Numbered from the whole stretch's first letter, positions 1-13,059 are shown. The stretch: 63,398 bases of DNA, filler included, from Octopus bimaculoides (GCF_001194135.2; 7 parts of 5 records of this genome joined end to end with filler, not necessarily neighbours in it), one strand, 5' to 3'. Numbers and translations are program-made. The notes: generated from the letters alone by a model not told the origin.

Positions 1-334
1 GGTGAGAATTCTGTTTATTTATTTATATTTTTGGGACAATACTGTGCTGATGAACGAAATCTAGATTCATTCTAGTAATCGCGAAATCGGTCGATACACA
101 GTTAAGTTTATTTAAAAGAAAGTTGGTCATCTTCTGTTAGTTGTTTTTCCTCGCATTAGGTACTAAATGTGGTTATTTTGAGAAGTCCACTGTGTGGCGT
201 TATTATTTTTCTGTAATAATACCGTTTATATAAATATAAACGAATAATTATATTCTTGGGAATATATATATATATATGATTACTTCATCTTTCCCAATCA
301 CTTTTGTTCATATCTAGTTTCTTCAAGTTTTCCT

Positions 335-740
335 TCACACAGTCTTTATACCATTACCTCGGCTTATGTTGTGGTCGCTTACCAGAGTTAAGTTCACCAT
401 AAAAGTGAGGCTTTGGCAATCTGTCATTCTAATAACATGTCCAGTCCATCTCATTTGAGCCAAGATAAGATGTTGTTCAATTGAGTTACAACGTGCCATG
501 CGCAAAACTTCTGTATCTATTATGAAATATTCCCACTTGACTCCCAAGATACGTCCGAGGCACCTTTGATGAAATTTCTCCAGCATTTTTATACAACGCT
601 TGTAAGTGGTCCACGTATCACTTGAATAAAGAAGTGCAGTCAATACACACGCTTTATGGGCACTGATATTTGTCTGCAGGGAAATACTTCTATGCACCCA
701 TACTCGCTTTTCGAGCTTTCCAAATGCAACACCTCCCATA
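335..740 (-). mobile_element. RTE-clade LINE ORF2 C-terminal fragment
   Basis: Translation AFGKLEKRVW..RSISLQT.I..HKACVLTALLYSSDTWTTYKR.IKMLEKFHQRCLGRILGVKW...EVL...IE..L..AQMRWTGHVIRM matches the post-RT region typical of RTE LINEs. Confidence 0.8.
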
Positions 741-2284
741 TATATATATAACGACAAACTTATGTCGTTATAGTTGTTTAGCTCCACTTCAGCCCAGTTC
801 GTACAGAGCCATGTTAAAAAAAAATTTATAGTCCTTATTTCAGACACAATTGTTTATAAGTAAGTTACATAGCATGTCCTTCATTTTAAAGATTTACTGA
901 TTTAGGGAAGAATTTTTGTGATCTCTAGCAGATCTAGTGATCACATACAGACTTTCATGTTGGCTCGTGAAAGTTAACATAAAGCTCCCATGTAATTCAC
1001 TTTTATAAAGAAGAACTGCAGGTGAATTTTACATCTGGTGAACTGTGGCGAAGATACTTTATGTTTTAAACAGAAGAATCGACAGTGTTTTTATCCCCTA
1101 CAGTGTCTTCGAGACTCATAAAGTGTGAGAGAAAGGTGTCCTCAAACCGGACATCTGGCACTAATGTTTGCAGCAGATTGGGCACCGCTAAAGGTATCCA
1201 AGGACCATATGGTGCTCTTAAATAGAGTGACGAATTAAGTCTGCCCCTACTATTATCTTGGAAAAAAGTGTATCATCACTAACGGAATGCGAACCTTTAA
1301 ACTACTCACAAGTATCCGACTGTGTAGCTAGGTTCTATTGTTAAATCATTTCTGATATGAATCATAATCATTTTGATTGATTTATTTAAAATATGGCTCT
1401 TTTCATAGACACGTAACTGTTTTCTTTTAATATTTCTTACTTTAATTTGATTTATTTGTAAATTTGCTTTTATGGAATATTTCCTCAGCTCAAAATATTC
1501 CGCTTTTAATTTCATTGTTTGGTTTCTTAATTGATTGTTTACGTTGTCAGTGAGATATCTCAGAAATCATTGACGCTATGGTATCCACATATACTATCAT
1601 ATGTTATCAATGATTTTTCCCAAAATTATTTTGATTTTATCTTCGACGAATATTTGCATTATTTAACAAGTTATTTGGATTTTCAGCATCTGGCTAGACT
1701 TTGATGTTCGGTATACTCACAAAATCTGTTCCGCAAATAGCGCATTTAAGAATATTAACCACAAATGTAGGGAAAATAGTTGTTTGGTGTTATCCAACTT
1801 CATATTTTTCATTAGTTTACATATTTCTTTCTATCGTATATCAGATTTGATGTATATGGGGAATCACATTGAACACAGTACTAAATAATTTGAATGTCAT
1901 TTGATTCTAATGTGGAAATTTATCTTTTTTCAATAACATCAGTAATGGTGTTAGCATTTTCTTTGCGAACATTTCTCTCTATTCTTTTTTCAATTAAAAT
2001 ATATTGGTTGTTGGTTAAACAAGAACTTAAAGGCAAATACATGTGTATACATGTTTAATCGTTACATCAAGTCATTCTCTTTGTTTAAATATGAATTGGC
2101 TTTCTTGTTATTATTTCGTTTATGGAGGTTTTTTTTTGTTTTTTTCGACAAATATCTAAAGTTTGGCTTTTTGCCATTTTCAATGCTAGGAGCCAATCCT
2201 TCAAATTGATATGGAATATTTCTGAGTTTATTATTTATGTTTCCATTTTTCAGGCGCCAATTTTTCTCATTTCCATGTAACATA

Positions 2285-4850
2285 GATAGCTTGTATTCTT
2301 ATATTTCGACCAAAGATTGGCCTAGGCCATGTCTAACCTGATAGGATCTGTTAAGTCATTTTAAAGACAGTTTTGTGGTATTATGGCCTATTGAAGTAAG
2401 GAGTTGGTGTTAACTGATATGTATCCTGACATCGGTGTCTAATCTAGTATCCCTTGAAGAAATTTGTTCAGGTTTCGTTTGAAGATTATGAGATCATTTT
2501 CTTTAAAATATTGGATGCTATGAGAAGTTTCCCTGAAGGAAGAGAATAGAGCAGGGCCTATTGAGTAAAAGAAATTGTGCTGCAGTGAATTTATGTGTTG
2601 TGAGACTAAATTGTGTAGGGATCATAAGATAGGTGGTCCAAGTCTTGGATGAATTCTGAATCTAATGTCGTTTAGGAAATTCTGGTGGTATATTCTTCAC
2701 ATTGTGCAAATGGTGTCCGCCCGCGGCGGCGCTGGAGAGAATAAGCATTCAATGTCTTAAGGCTGTTCCAATAATTAAGATCAGTCATGCCTTCTATTTT
2801 TTAGTAAATGTTCTCTAGGATGACTTAGTTCCCGTAATGTTTTGTTTGGTCTAGGGAGACCACATGAGACAGCAATATTCTAGCTGTAGCCGTATAAAGC
2901 TATCGCTATTTCCTGTCTGGATCGGAAAGTTGTGAACATCCAGGGGCTCATCCTGCGCGCCATATCGACTTATGTTTGATGTTGGCACTCCAGTTGAGAA
3001 TGCTGTCAACAATCACCCCTCAGAACTTGATAATATTGGATGATATGACTAGTTTCTCTGAAGGAAGAGAATGTGCAGCCTTTTTTCCAAAGTACATGAG
3101 TTCAAATTTCTCCTCATTTAACCACATGTTTTTGTCCGCCCATTGGCTTCCGGCATGTGAATCAAACAGGAGTTCAGTTCGGCTTTATTCTACATTATAA
3201 TTTTGTTATTTTGCTGTGTTTGGTGACTATTGAGATATCGTATATATATACTATAAAGAGAAACGGTCCCAAAAGAGTCCCTTGGCAGATACCACTGGTG
3301 ACTTGAATGGATCAGTTTACCATTGATTGCAATATTTGACAATTTTGACAGGAATATTTTTTAGCTGACTCTGCCAAACGTTTGCTGAAGTCAAGATATA
3401 TGATATCAGAGTTAGAACTAGATCCCAAGGCTTTAACAACATCATTCGAGGTGATGCAAAAAGTTATGCTAGGTAGTCTCTGCCGCAGCGAAAGCCATGT
3501 TGATTGGAATTTGGAAGGCTGTGGCTCTCCAGGAAGCCCTTGATGTCACAACCCTTTCAAACATTTTGATGATATGTGAGGTGAAGTCGATAGCAAACTG
3601 CAAAAGAACTGTTTCACTTTTTGAAGATCGGGATGACAGATTGGAATAAGAACTGTTTCGGCCTAAATTTAAGCCTGAATAGTCTTAATAATTTTTCCTG
3701 AGGTTGGCTGGAAGATTTGCAAATTGGTGTCTGCTTTCCTTTCGGACATTTGCGGAGAATCTGTTTGGACCTACGGCAGAATAATACTTGGCTTCATTCA
3801 TTTCTGCTATGACATCTGAGGTAGTAAAAATTATGTCCGAGATGATATATTGAGGATTGAGTTCGTTCAGATCGCTTGCTTCAATATCAATGGGATCCCT
3901 AAAGACAGAGTAGTGTTGTTTCGTGGAAAATGCTCTTATCGTCTCTCAGTGGACGAACGGTCCTTGCTGGTATGATGTGTTTCCACATTAAGACTTCTTA
4001 TTGCTGTTGAATATGGATGTTGTTGATGATAGTATTTTAATTGAATGACATGTTTTTATTTAGTCTTTTGATTCTCCCGATGATTGTTTTTTTTCTCTCT
4101 GGGAAACCTATTTTTATTAGTGCTTGTGTTTCGTAGGAGCGTGTTTTGGACATGTATAAGTGACAATGTTCTCAAAACGCTGCCATGTTAATTCAAAATC
4201 AGAAGATTTGTGGGTAAAGGACCAGCCGATAAATGATAAATCTTTTGAAATTGCTCCCCAGTCTGCCTTGTGAAAATTGATACTGTCAAACGGGTGTACT
4301 GAGGCGAGAGTGACTGGTTTAATTTTGGCATGACGGAAACTCAGGTTGCGGAGTACCATGTCGTGGTCAGAGAGAAAAGCTTTTCAACTGAAGTACTACG
4401 GATAGAGCTACAGTGCTTTGGTAATATCAGGCCCAGGATCGTTTTATCTTGTCTAGTAGTTTCGATCACATGTTGGGTTAAGAAAAATTAATTCATTGGA
4501 TTAAATAATCAATATACTGTTACTTTGTCTGGTGTAATGCAATTACATAGCTTCAGAGTATTTATAAGCCAAACCACATAAAGGAGGTTGAGATCGCCCA
4601 TCATCGATATCAGTTCATTCACTGACAGTTTTTATACATAAGTAATGAATTGAAGAAGTCGTGTGTCAACATAATGGAAATAGGATGATATAGGTTATTT
4701 GTGTGTCACTCGTATTTTTGTATGTAAGATGGCAACTTTCTCTGAAGAACAATCTATCTCGCAATAGCTAGTCCGAGCTACACGTGCTTCTTCCAGATTC
4801 GTCCTACAAAGTGAGATCTTGTTTTAAACTACAAAGTCTCTATGCTGAAT
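2285..4850 (-). mobile_element. Decayed CR1/L2-group LINE ORF2 (APE endonuclease + reverse transcriptase)
   Basis: Minus-strand motifs in the correct order, broken by stops and frameshifts: MMGDLN (~4600), LSDHDMV (~4365), TSHIIKMFER, NQHGFRCGR, DIIYLDFSK, SGICQGTLLGPFLFIVYI (~3250-3300), and C-terminal LNKFLQGI...NSLL (~2370-2450). Confidence 0.85.
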
Positions 4851-5684
4851 GCATGCTTATAAAATATAGGGATATGAACATGTTCACACTTTACCCCCAG
4901 ACCGCTGTTTTACTACTACATTTTAGTTATTGATATGCAATGTGTATGTGGCTGAGTTGGCAGAGTGGTTAGTATTCAAATCCCAATCCTTTTACATGCA
5001 TATTCAAATCCCAATCGTGAACAATTTCGTCGTTCCGTTACTTTCATCGACTAATTCCCTCCCACAAAATGAATTATTGCTCCGCTGTCTATGGTTGTAA
5101 TAGTTTGTATACTATGTGTAGGATTATTATTTCCATTTTTGTAAGCTGTAATGTTTGCTTTCTTAGTTACATCATGTCACATTATTGTACAGCCTCAATT
5201 ATTTACTTCAGTTAACATATAATTGTTACATTTCTATAGTGAATTTATGATCTCACTAGTGTTACTTTATTTGTGAAGAGCAGTAGACATAACAACTCCT
5301 TGTACTGGGTTAATGGCAAGGTCAATGAATGAAAAGACATATTGCACCGGCATCTTTCTGGGTTGTATTTGATAAAGGAATTAAAAGATGAAGGAATTAA
5401 AAGAAATATTCCTAGCCGGCGGGGGATCTCTTAATCACTTAATGCCGTAAAATTCGTAATAAGATCCGACAATGTGGAAGCTAATATAGCAGAAGATTTT
5501 TCAAAACTAGATGGCGCTCTCAAAAAGAATTGTAAAGAATTGTAAGGAGACATCCTGCTAAAACTGAGTTCGATCGATAAGTAACAGGGGATGTAATGCT
5601 CAGACTGATTCTCAGTAAACATGAAACCAAATTTTCCTGGAAAATTAATATAATGAGAGATGATGCCAATAGATGTATGGGTTC

Positions 5685-5860
5685 AGGTATGGCGGTGTAG
5701 TTACGAAGTTCGATTTGCAACTGCGTGGTTCTCGACTCGATCACGCACACACTGCGTACGTGAGACACTGGAAAAGTGTGGGTCTATCATAGGTTCAAGT
5801 CAGCTAAAACTTTGTGTAATGAATTTAGTAAATGGAAACTTTGTGGAAATCTCTCGAAGA
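5685..5860 (+). repeat. Degenerate tRNA-derived SINE head (family B)
   Basis: Diverged match to the better-preserved copy at 39488 (ggcggtgtagttacgaagttcg...ctttgtgtaatgaatttagtaaatggaaact). Confidence 0.55.
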
Positions 5861-7089
5861 AAACGATACTCTTATAGTGTATTAGAATCAATGCATTGCA
5901 TCTTTAGTTGGAAAATATCTTCCTTCATTCTTCTTACCAGTTTTGGAGGCCTTCAGAAGTACTCCGCTGTGTGATATTTTCTTTAAAAAGGGTGCAATGT
6001 GACACATACGAAGTTAGATAACCATTATGCATTCTATAATACATCTATATGAGAAACAATATCTATGCTGTGAAATAACTTGAGAGGACCAATTAGATAT
6101 GATTGATTCTTTCAGAGTTGTCCCTGCTTCTGTCCGACAACCTGTCAACTCCGTCATGTTTGGTTACAGTGAGGCATGAAGAGGTCATTGTAAGTTAAAT
6201 CTAATGGAGAGGAAATCAGAGTTCAAAGAATAGTATAATATGAGTCACGTGAACCAACAAAAGAACATTTTGTGTGGTCGCTCGACCTACTAGAATTAAC
6301 AATCTCACTGAAATTACTGCCTTTCAAATTTGAGTGCAACGGTTCTTGATACACAATACCTGAAACAAAATATCTTTTATGATAGGTCTTTATAGTTAGG
6401 ACTGATCTAGAGCTAAAAAACAATAGCAGCAAAATATGAGCCACTAATTTCTCAGTTAGATCTTCAAAATACTATTTACACCAGCATCAAAAACTCTATT
6501 TTAATGCGGTAGAAATGTGTTAGGCAGCATAAATAAACAATAATAAAAATTTTAATATATGACCAATGGTGTTTGTCGTCCGTTAAAAACAGCCTGAGTA
6601 TATTGAAAGTTCCTTTCTTGTAAAAGATTTTTTTCTTTTCAGGGATTTTTACCAATTGTTCTTGCATGCGTGTAACTCCTTTACAGCGGGAACTAGACAA
6701 GACAGATATAGCCTCGGCACCAGTGTTGTTGCCGCCATTACTATCAGAATGCTGGGAGCCTAAAAAGATACCTAAATGCTTCAGCAATTCTGATTATTTG
6801 CCGCATTATTGACTGGATCTTTTTCATTTAATCAGAAAGGTTGAAAGTCAAAGTGACAACAGCAGGAGTCAACTTCAGAGACATGAACAACTATTAAACT
6901 GTCCTATCCAACGCTGTAAAGATTCTGCCGATTTACTATTAGAATACGGTCGTAGAATATACAGTTAATAATGAAAATACAACGTGTTTTAAACCTTCTT
7001 CGAGGATAAAAACACCCTTCAAAACATTCGGTTTAAGTAGGGCTGGAACAAAATTGGTAAATATCCTAAAATCAAATACAGTATAACAG

Positions 7090-8955
7090 GATTAATATTA
7101 GTTTCAAATTTTGGCAGAAGGCCAGCAATTTCAAGAAGAGGGTAAGTCAATTATACCGACCCCAGAGTTCAATTGATATTTATTTTATAGACCTCGAAAG
7201 GATGAAAGGCTAAGTCGACCTCGGGTGAATTTGAACTCAGGACGTAAAGACGGATGAAATGCTGCTAAGCATTTTGTTCGACATGCTAACGATTCTAACA
7301 GCTCACCGCTTTATGTAATAGTGTTGATAATAACATAGTAACAATATTAGCTCCGTTGCCAAATTCCGTCGAGGTCAACTTTGTTATTCATCCTTTCAAG
7401 TCGATAAAATAAGTATCAGTTGAACACTAGGGTCGATGTAAAAAAAAAACGATTTACCCCCTTGCTCGAACTCGCTGGCCGCCACTCAAGTAAACTCAAT
7501 ATATAAGGTTTTGAGTTTACTCGACTCCGAAATTATACAAAGCAAGGTTGACTTAGGTGAAATGTAAACTCAGAGTATAAATAACCGGAGAAAAATTGCA
7601 AGGCATTTTTCCGACGATTCTGCCAGCTCACCGACTTTAATAATTCTTTCTAATTCTGGTGCAACACCTACAATTTTGAGGGTAAGGCAAACATAAATTA
7701 CATCGCCCCACCTCTATTTGACCGATACTTTAATATATCGACGACGATAGGATGGAATACAAAATCGACCTCGGCGAAATTTGAACTCAGATCCTAGAGG
7801 GCCAGAAGAAATTCCGCTAAGCATTTTGTCCCACGTCCTAACGATTCTGCCAGCTCGCAGCCTTCTCACCGCCTTTAAAATAGCTTCTAATTTAGGTACA
7901 AGTCCATTAGATTTGATGAGAGGGGATTAATCGATAGCATCGATTCAGTGCTTGGTTGTTACTTCATTCTATCGACTCCGGAGGGATGAAAACCAATGTT
8001 GACTTCGGCAAGATTTAAACTCAAAATGTGAAGAGCAGAAACAAATTCTGTAAAACATTTTTTCGATGCTCTAACTATTGTGACAGCTTACCACCTTCCA
8101 TTACCTTTATGTATGAAGCAAGTATTTATTGGAAAGAGCAGAAATGACAGAAACTATAAACATCACACTCTGCAATTTCCAGTTTATATTCCTAAATTTG
8201 CAAAAGGACGCAGTATTTATTCCCGCTCTGTCATTCAGTTTATATGCAGTGTAAAAGGGAGACATTTTCAGAAAGTAATCTAATCAGAAGCATTGCATTC
8301 TATTGCAATGGTAACGATAGATTTAGTGCATATTTCAACGAATAAATCGCTATGGTTTCACACTTTTTGCCAGAAACAGTAGCAAACTTTCCCTAACTAC
8401 CTAACTACCATTGTTTAGGCACAGTGTGGGTGAATGGTTTGGACGATTGCTTTGCAACTACGAGGTCTCGGGTTCGATCCTACTGCGATGCATTTTAGGT
8501 AAATGTCCTTTTACTATAATCTCGAATCAAGTCATATCTTGAGTGTAACTAGACAGACGGAAACTGTACAGAAGCCCGTCGAATGAATTTTACCAATAAA
8601 TCATAAGCTACAACCTTGCCATACACCGTGTTACGCTGATTCTGCTTGAAGGTTCATGTATCAATGATATATTCAACCACTTAGACTATCGTTCAATAAG
8701 CTCCATAGCTGAAAATGATTGAATAACTGAATCCTTATCCACCAGTGTGTTGAGATAAAAGTAAAGCATTTTATCCGTCTTCACTTTCTGAGTTCAAATT
8801 CCACCAAGGCTGACTTTGTATTTCATCCTTTCGAGGTCATTAGAATAAGTACCATTTGAGTACTGGAGTCGCTGTAATTTTTTTATCCCCTCTCGAAATT
8901 CTTTGCTGTTCGCCAAAATTTGAAATCAATATTAGTTTCAAATTTTGGCACAACT
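7090..8955. repeat. Cluster of about seven degenerate SINE copies (family A in both orientations, plus one family B at ~8405-8585)
   Basis: Repeated blocks such as gaaaggatgaaaggc.aagtcgacctcgg.g.aatttgaactcag and their reverse complement at ~7095-7312, 7355-7480, 7530-7640, 7655-7875, 7880-8080 and 8745-8955. Confidence 0.75.
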
Positions 8956-9224
8956 GGTACTTATTTTATCAAAACTTGGATATTGTCTTGTTCATTATTT
9001 TTAAGTATTATAATTATTCTACCGATTTTTTTACGCCAGACAGGTAGCTTACAAGGAGTAAACGAACGATACGAGTTGGAACAAACAAAAGCATGCACAA
9101 AGTTGGTACCCAAATTTGAATTCTCAAATTTGGGTAAAACTGTTAACTCCCACCCAAATGTGTTCTTTTCTCTCTAACGTGATCAGGATAAATTATCCAT
9201 ATAATGCATAAAAATACGTTACCG

Positions 9225-9296
9225 GCCAGCCATGAGAATCGAACTCACATCTCTGTGATTACATGTCAAGTGTTTTACCATTAAACTAAACTGCTC
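9225..9296 (-). pseudogene. tRNA-like cloverleaf relic (anticodon TGT, Thr-like) or tRNA-derived repeat head
   Basis: Minus strand gives AGCAGTT-TA-GTTT AATGGTA AAAC-A-CTTGA CATGTAA TCACA-GAGAT-GTGAG TTCGATT CTCAT-GGCTGGC. D- and T-arms pair; the acceptor stem pairs at 5/7 and the anticodon stem at 3/5 positions. Confidence 0.45.
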
Positions 9297-9446
9297 AGCA
9301 ACGAATTCTTCTGCAATTTTAGAACTTATAAATTTAGCTTCATAAGACGCTAACGATGAATTCAACTTTACAATGAAAGTAAACAAACAAAGTTTATATA
9401 TATACAGATATATATATCTGTAAAAATATGTGACACTTATTCGGTA

Positions 9447-9517
9447 GCCATGATAAAACTCCGAGTTTCGGATGCCGGGGTAGGAGCCCAGACCAACATG
9501 TTTTCAGTTATCCGGCC
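9447..9517 (-). ncRNA. Type-I hammerhead ribozyme-like fold, core-mutated
   Basis: Minus-strand RNA reads GGCCG-GAUAA-CUGAAAA-CAUGUUGG...CCGGCAUCC-GAAA-CU-CGG-AG-UU-UUAUC-AUGGC: stem I GAUAA/UUAUC, stem III hairpin, GUU triplet, but G8 replaced by A. Confidence 0.6.
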
Positions 9518-10031
9518 ATTGAAAATTCCTGTGAAAAATGACCATTAAACAAAGGGAAATTAAGACAAAAGAGCTAATAGACCGCTAAGTAAGTGGAAGG
9601 GTAAAAGTAAGGTAGTAGAGAAGTCTATAGTTTCGCGTAAGCGCACCAATCCGTACATTCGTCTATATTTATATACTAAACCGCCCGCTTTAAACACACA
9701 CATGCTCACCCATATACTCGCCAAAAACTATACATATATGTACATATGCATATATATACACGCATACACACACATACTCACACGCACACAACCCCGCACC
9801 CATACACTCGCACGGAAATTTTTTTTATAGGGCTAAAAGCAAAAAAAAAAACAGTGTGGGAAACTTATGCGAACCTATAGACTTCTCTACTCCCTTAATT
9901 TTACCCCCTCTCCTTACTTAGCGGTCTATTAGCTCTTTTGTCTTAATGACGGTCAACCACACAGTAATTTCCCTTTGTTTAACGGTGATTTTTCACAGGA
10001 ATTTTCAATGGCCGGATAATTGAAGAGATGT
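9447..10031. mobile_element. Long inverted-repeat element (arms ~9497-9641 and ~9864-10031) with hammerhead-like motifs; probably Penelope pseudo-LTR-derived
   Basis: The left arm ttatccggccattgaaaattcctgtgaaaaat...gagaagtctatag is the reverse complement of the right arm ctatagacttctc...atttttcacaggaattttcaatggccggataa. The right arm has a ~21-nt insertion and runs into the N gap at 10032. Confidence 0.8.
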
Positions 10032-11379
10032 NNNNNNNNNNNNNNNNNNNNNNNNNNNNNNNNNNNNNNNNNNNNNNNNNNNNNNNNNNNNNNNNNNNNN
10101 NNNNNNNNNNNNNNNNNNNNNNNNNNNNNNNNNNNNNNNNNNNNNNNNNNNNNNNNNNNNNNNNNNNNNNNNNNNNNNNNNNNNNNNNNNNNNNNNNNNN
10201 NNNNNNNNNNNNNNNNNNNNNNNNNNNNNNNNNNNNNNNNNNNNNNNNNNNNNNNNNNNNNNNNNNNNNNNNNNNNNNNNNNNNNNNNNNNNNNNNNNNN
10301 NNNNNNNNNNNNNNNNNNNNNNNNNNNNNNNNNNNNNNNNNNNNNNNNNNNNNNNNNNNNNNNNNNNNNNNNNNNNNNNNNNNNNNNNNNNNNNNNNNNN
10401 NNNNNNNNNNNNNNNNNNNNNNNNNNNNNNNNNNNNNNNNNNNNNNNNNNNNNNNNNNNNNNNNNNNNNNNNNNNNNNNNNNNNNNNNNNNNNNNNNNNN
10501 NNNNNNNNNNNNNNNNNNNNNNNNNNNNNNNNNNNNNNNNNNNNNNNNNNNNNNNNNNNNNNNNNNNNNNNNNNNNNNNNNNNNNNNNNNNNNNNNNNNN
10601 NNNNNNTATATATATATATATATATATATATATTCGACAGGTTTTCATATAGCTACATTTATCAAATTCACCCTTGCAGAGGGATTGAAAATGGTCTTAT
10701 AAAAGAGAATTATCGAAGATTACAGAAGAAACCTTTGTTCTTTTAAAACCTGCGCTTAAGCAAAATCTATTTGGAAAGAAGTAATAGAGTTTAAGTGAAA
10801 AAAAAAATTCTTAATGAAACACAACTGAATAAAACGATTTCCGACAGGAGTTACTCGGAATAATTTGGCAGGTGTTCCATGGATCATTGGTAATTATAAA
10901 TCAATAAGAATGTTTTTTTTCTCGATCGGGTTTCTATTAAACATTTGACATATCAAGAAACTTTACGCGAGTTTACGATAAAATAAAGTGTTTGACTCAC
11001 ATTCTAAACAAAATTTGCAGAGTGAAACACTTCACAAATATTTAATGAAACTAGGAATCTACGAAACTATAAATGAAATACAATTTATTTTCTCGTAAAA
11101 TAATTATAAGAAAAGCAATTAATGTCTGCGTAAACTTTAAATTTGTTTCACCTTTGTTAGTTTTCTGCAAGATCTCACTGCTAGATACTGCATTGTAATT
11201 GAATTATACTTAAGTCGTTCTGTGGTTTGAGGTTGAATGCAATAATCGTCTATCGCATCCATATCCGAAGTATTCTTTCTCCATATCGCACCACCGGTAC
11301 TACACACAATGATTAATTATACCTACATGTAAATGAACTTCATACTTTAGCTACATTTTGAAGATTGTAACTAGTTGAA

Positions 11380-12330
11380 AACAGAAAGTAGAATTAACGC
11401 TTGCACATGTCTCCTACAGCCACTGGGGTCCACTGGGGTTGGGGCCTCCCTCGGCACACCCGAGGGGATCTCCACCTCCCCCACAACCTCTGTTCCAACT
11501 GGTGAGCAACCATTGTTGCTCATCTTTCTTTTTCTTTTCGCGGAGGCAGAAGCCTCCACGACTTTCTCACCCCTCCAATGGGGGGAGGGCGCTTTTTCCT
11601 TTTTCTGCCAGAAGGCCTTTCCACGGCCCTGGGGGCATTTCTTCCTGACATGGCCAGGTTCCAAGTACAGTTGACACTTGGGGGTGGGGGTGACCTCAAT
11701 TATCACCGGGTACCTGACCCCGGCCATCTTCAAGAAATCAGGAAAGCACATGTTTCCTACAGCCACTGGAGTTCACAAGGTCAATGTCACCTTGGCGCCC
11801 TCGTAGTTGACCGCAAGTGATATGTGAGCATTAAGAAGCTGAGCCCACTGTCCCCCAAGCCCTGCCGGATGGTATCATCGATCCACTCGGCCTCGGCACC
11901 TGGGGGCAGTCCATAAACCCAGGCTCTGATTATTCTCCTCCCGCAGTAAGAGGGGAGGAACAAAATTGCCTCCCCTTGCAGAGGACGGCTGGCCACATTA
12001 GCAGCTTCTTCAGGGGAGTCAAACAACAGCCACACTGTTGCGAATTCGAATCCCCTTGAGACAAAAAAATTTCTTCGCAGGCAAACAAATTGCGTGACCT
12101 ACAATAGGTCCGCAAGACCACTGTCCTCTTCAAAGTCTCTTTCAACCACTGCCTAGGTGGGCACACCTCCTACTTCACAACAGTACTTCCCTTATGGGAC
12201 GCCATGTCAGTTCAAAAAAAAGTTCCAAAAGAACAAACACAGTTCACAAAGATAGAACAAAAAGAACAAAACGGAGGGACAGAATAGATAGAAAAGAAAA
12301 AGAAAGAAAAAGGAAGAAAGCAGAAAAAAT
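11380..12330 (-). mobile_element. Tx1/L1-type LINE 5' UTR and ORF1 (gag-like, CCHC knuckle), disrupted
   Basis: ATG at 12205, then ...KRTVVLRTY...VWLLFDSPEEAA...FLPSYCGRRIIRAWVYGLPPG...LKMAGVRYPVIIE...KCQLYLEPGHVRKKCP (C-x2-C-x4-H-x4-C with the second C replaced by Y), followed by a Lys/Pro-rich tail. It has an internal stop and frameshifts, and is a GC-rich island. Confidence 0.7.
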
Positions 12331-12527
12331 GGGATAGTCCAAAACAAAAGAAAGTCACAGACACGCAATTCCGGGCTCCTCAATCAGGTACACTTTTCTA
12401 CAGCGAGTTACACTAATGCTCTATCTTTTCCCCTGTTTAATTTGTGAACTAGCGACTTGGCTACTTGGGGACTTGTAACATAGACATTATTGTGAACAAT
12501 TGCTGTTTAAAGGATATGCATAACATT

Positions 12528-12734
12528 CTTTTCTGCCCTAGGCACAAAGTGCGAAAGGGGAGCCAGTCGATTAGGTTGACCCTAGTACGCAACTGGTACT
12601 TAATTTATCGACCCTGAAAGGATGAAAGGCAAAGTAGAACCAGGTGGAATTTGAACTCAGAACGTACAGACAGCCGAAACACTGCTAAGCACTTCGCCCG
12701 ACGTGCTAACGTTTGTGCCAGCTCACCGCTTTAT
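12528..12734 (-). repeat. SINE family A with TSD
   Basis: tRNA-like head (aaagcggtgagctggcac...) on the minus strand, flanked by gatatgcataacatt (12513-12527) and gatatacataatatt (12735-12749). Confidence 0.8.
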
Positions 12735-12845
12735 GATATACATAATATTAAAATAGTCATTTACGTATCACACTTGACGAATATACGTTGTTGATAGGAC
12801 AATTGCTGCAGTTTTTGTCTTGAGATAATATGGACGTGCAATATT

Positions 12846-13059
12846 CTTTCCTACTCTAGGCACAAAGTCAGAAATTTTTAGGGGAGGGGGCCAGTCGATA
12901 AGATCGACCTCAGTACGCAACTGGTACTTAATTTATTGATCCCGAATAAATGAAAAGCAAAGTCTACTCTGGTGGAATTTGAACTCAGAATGTAAAGAGA
13001 GACGAAATACCGCTAAGCATTTCGCCCGGTGTGCTAAAGTTTCTGTCAGCTCGCCGCCT
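12846..13059 (-). repeat. SINE family A with TSD
   Basis: Head aaggcggcgagctgacagaa on the minus strand, flanked by tatggacgtgcaatatt (12829-12845) and tatggacgtgctatatt (13060-13076). Confidence 0.85.

Noticed and set aside
1261-2283. AT-rich stretch with short Lys/Asn-rich minus-strand ORFs, possibly a decayed transposon or viral gene
   Set aside because: No motif could be assigned by eye; a translated homology search would be needed.
6642-6810. Strong AG acceptor followed by IFTNCSC... (reminiscent of an OATP Kazal segment)
   Set aside because: All frames reach stops without a convincing donor, and no further family motifs follow.
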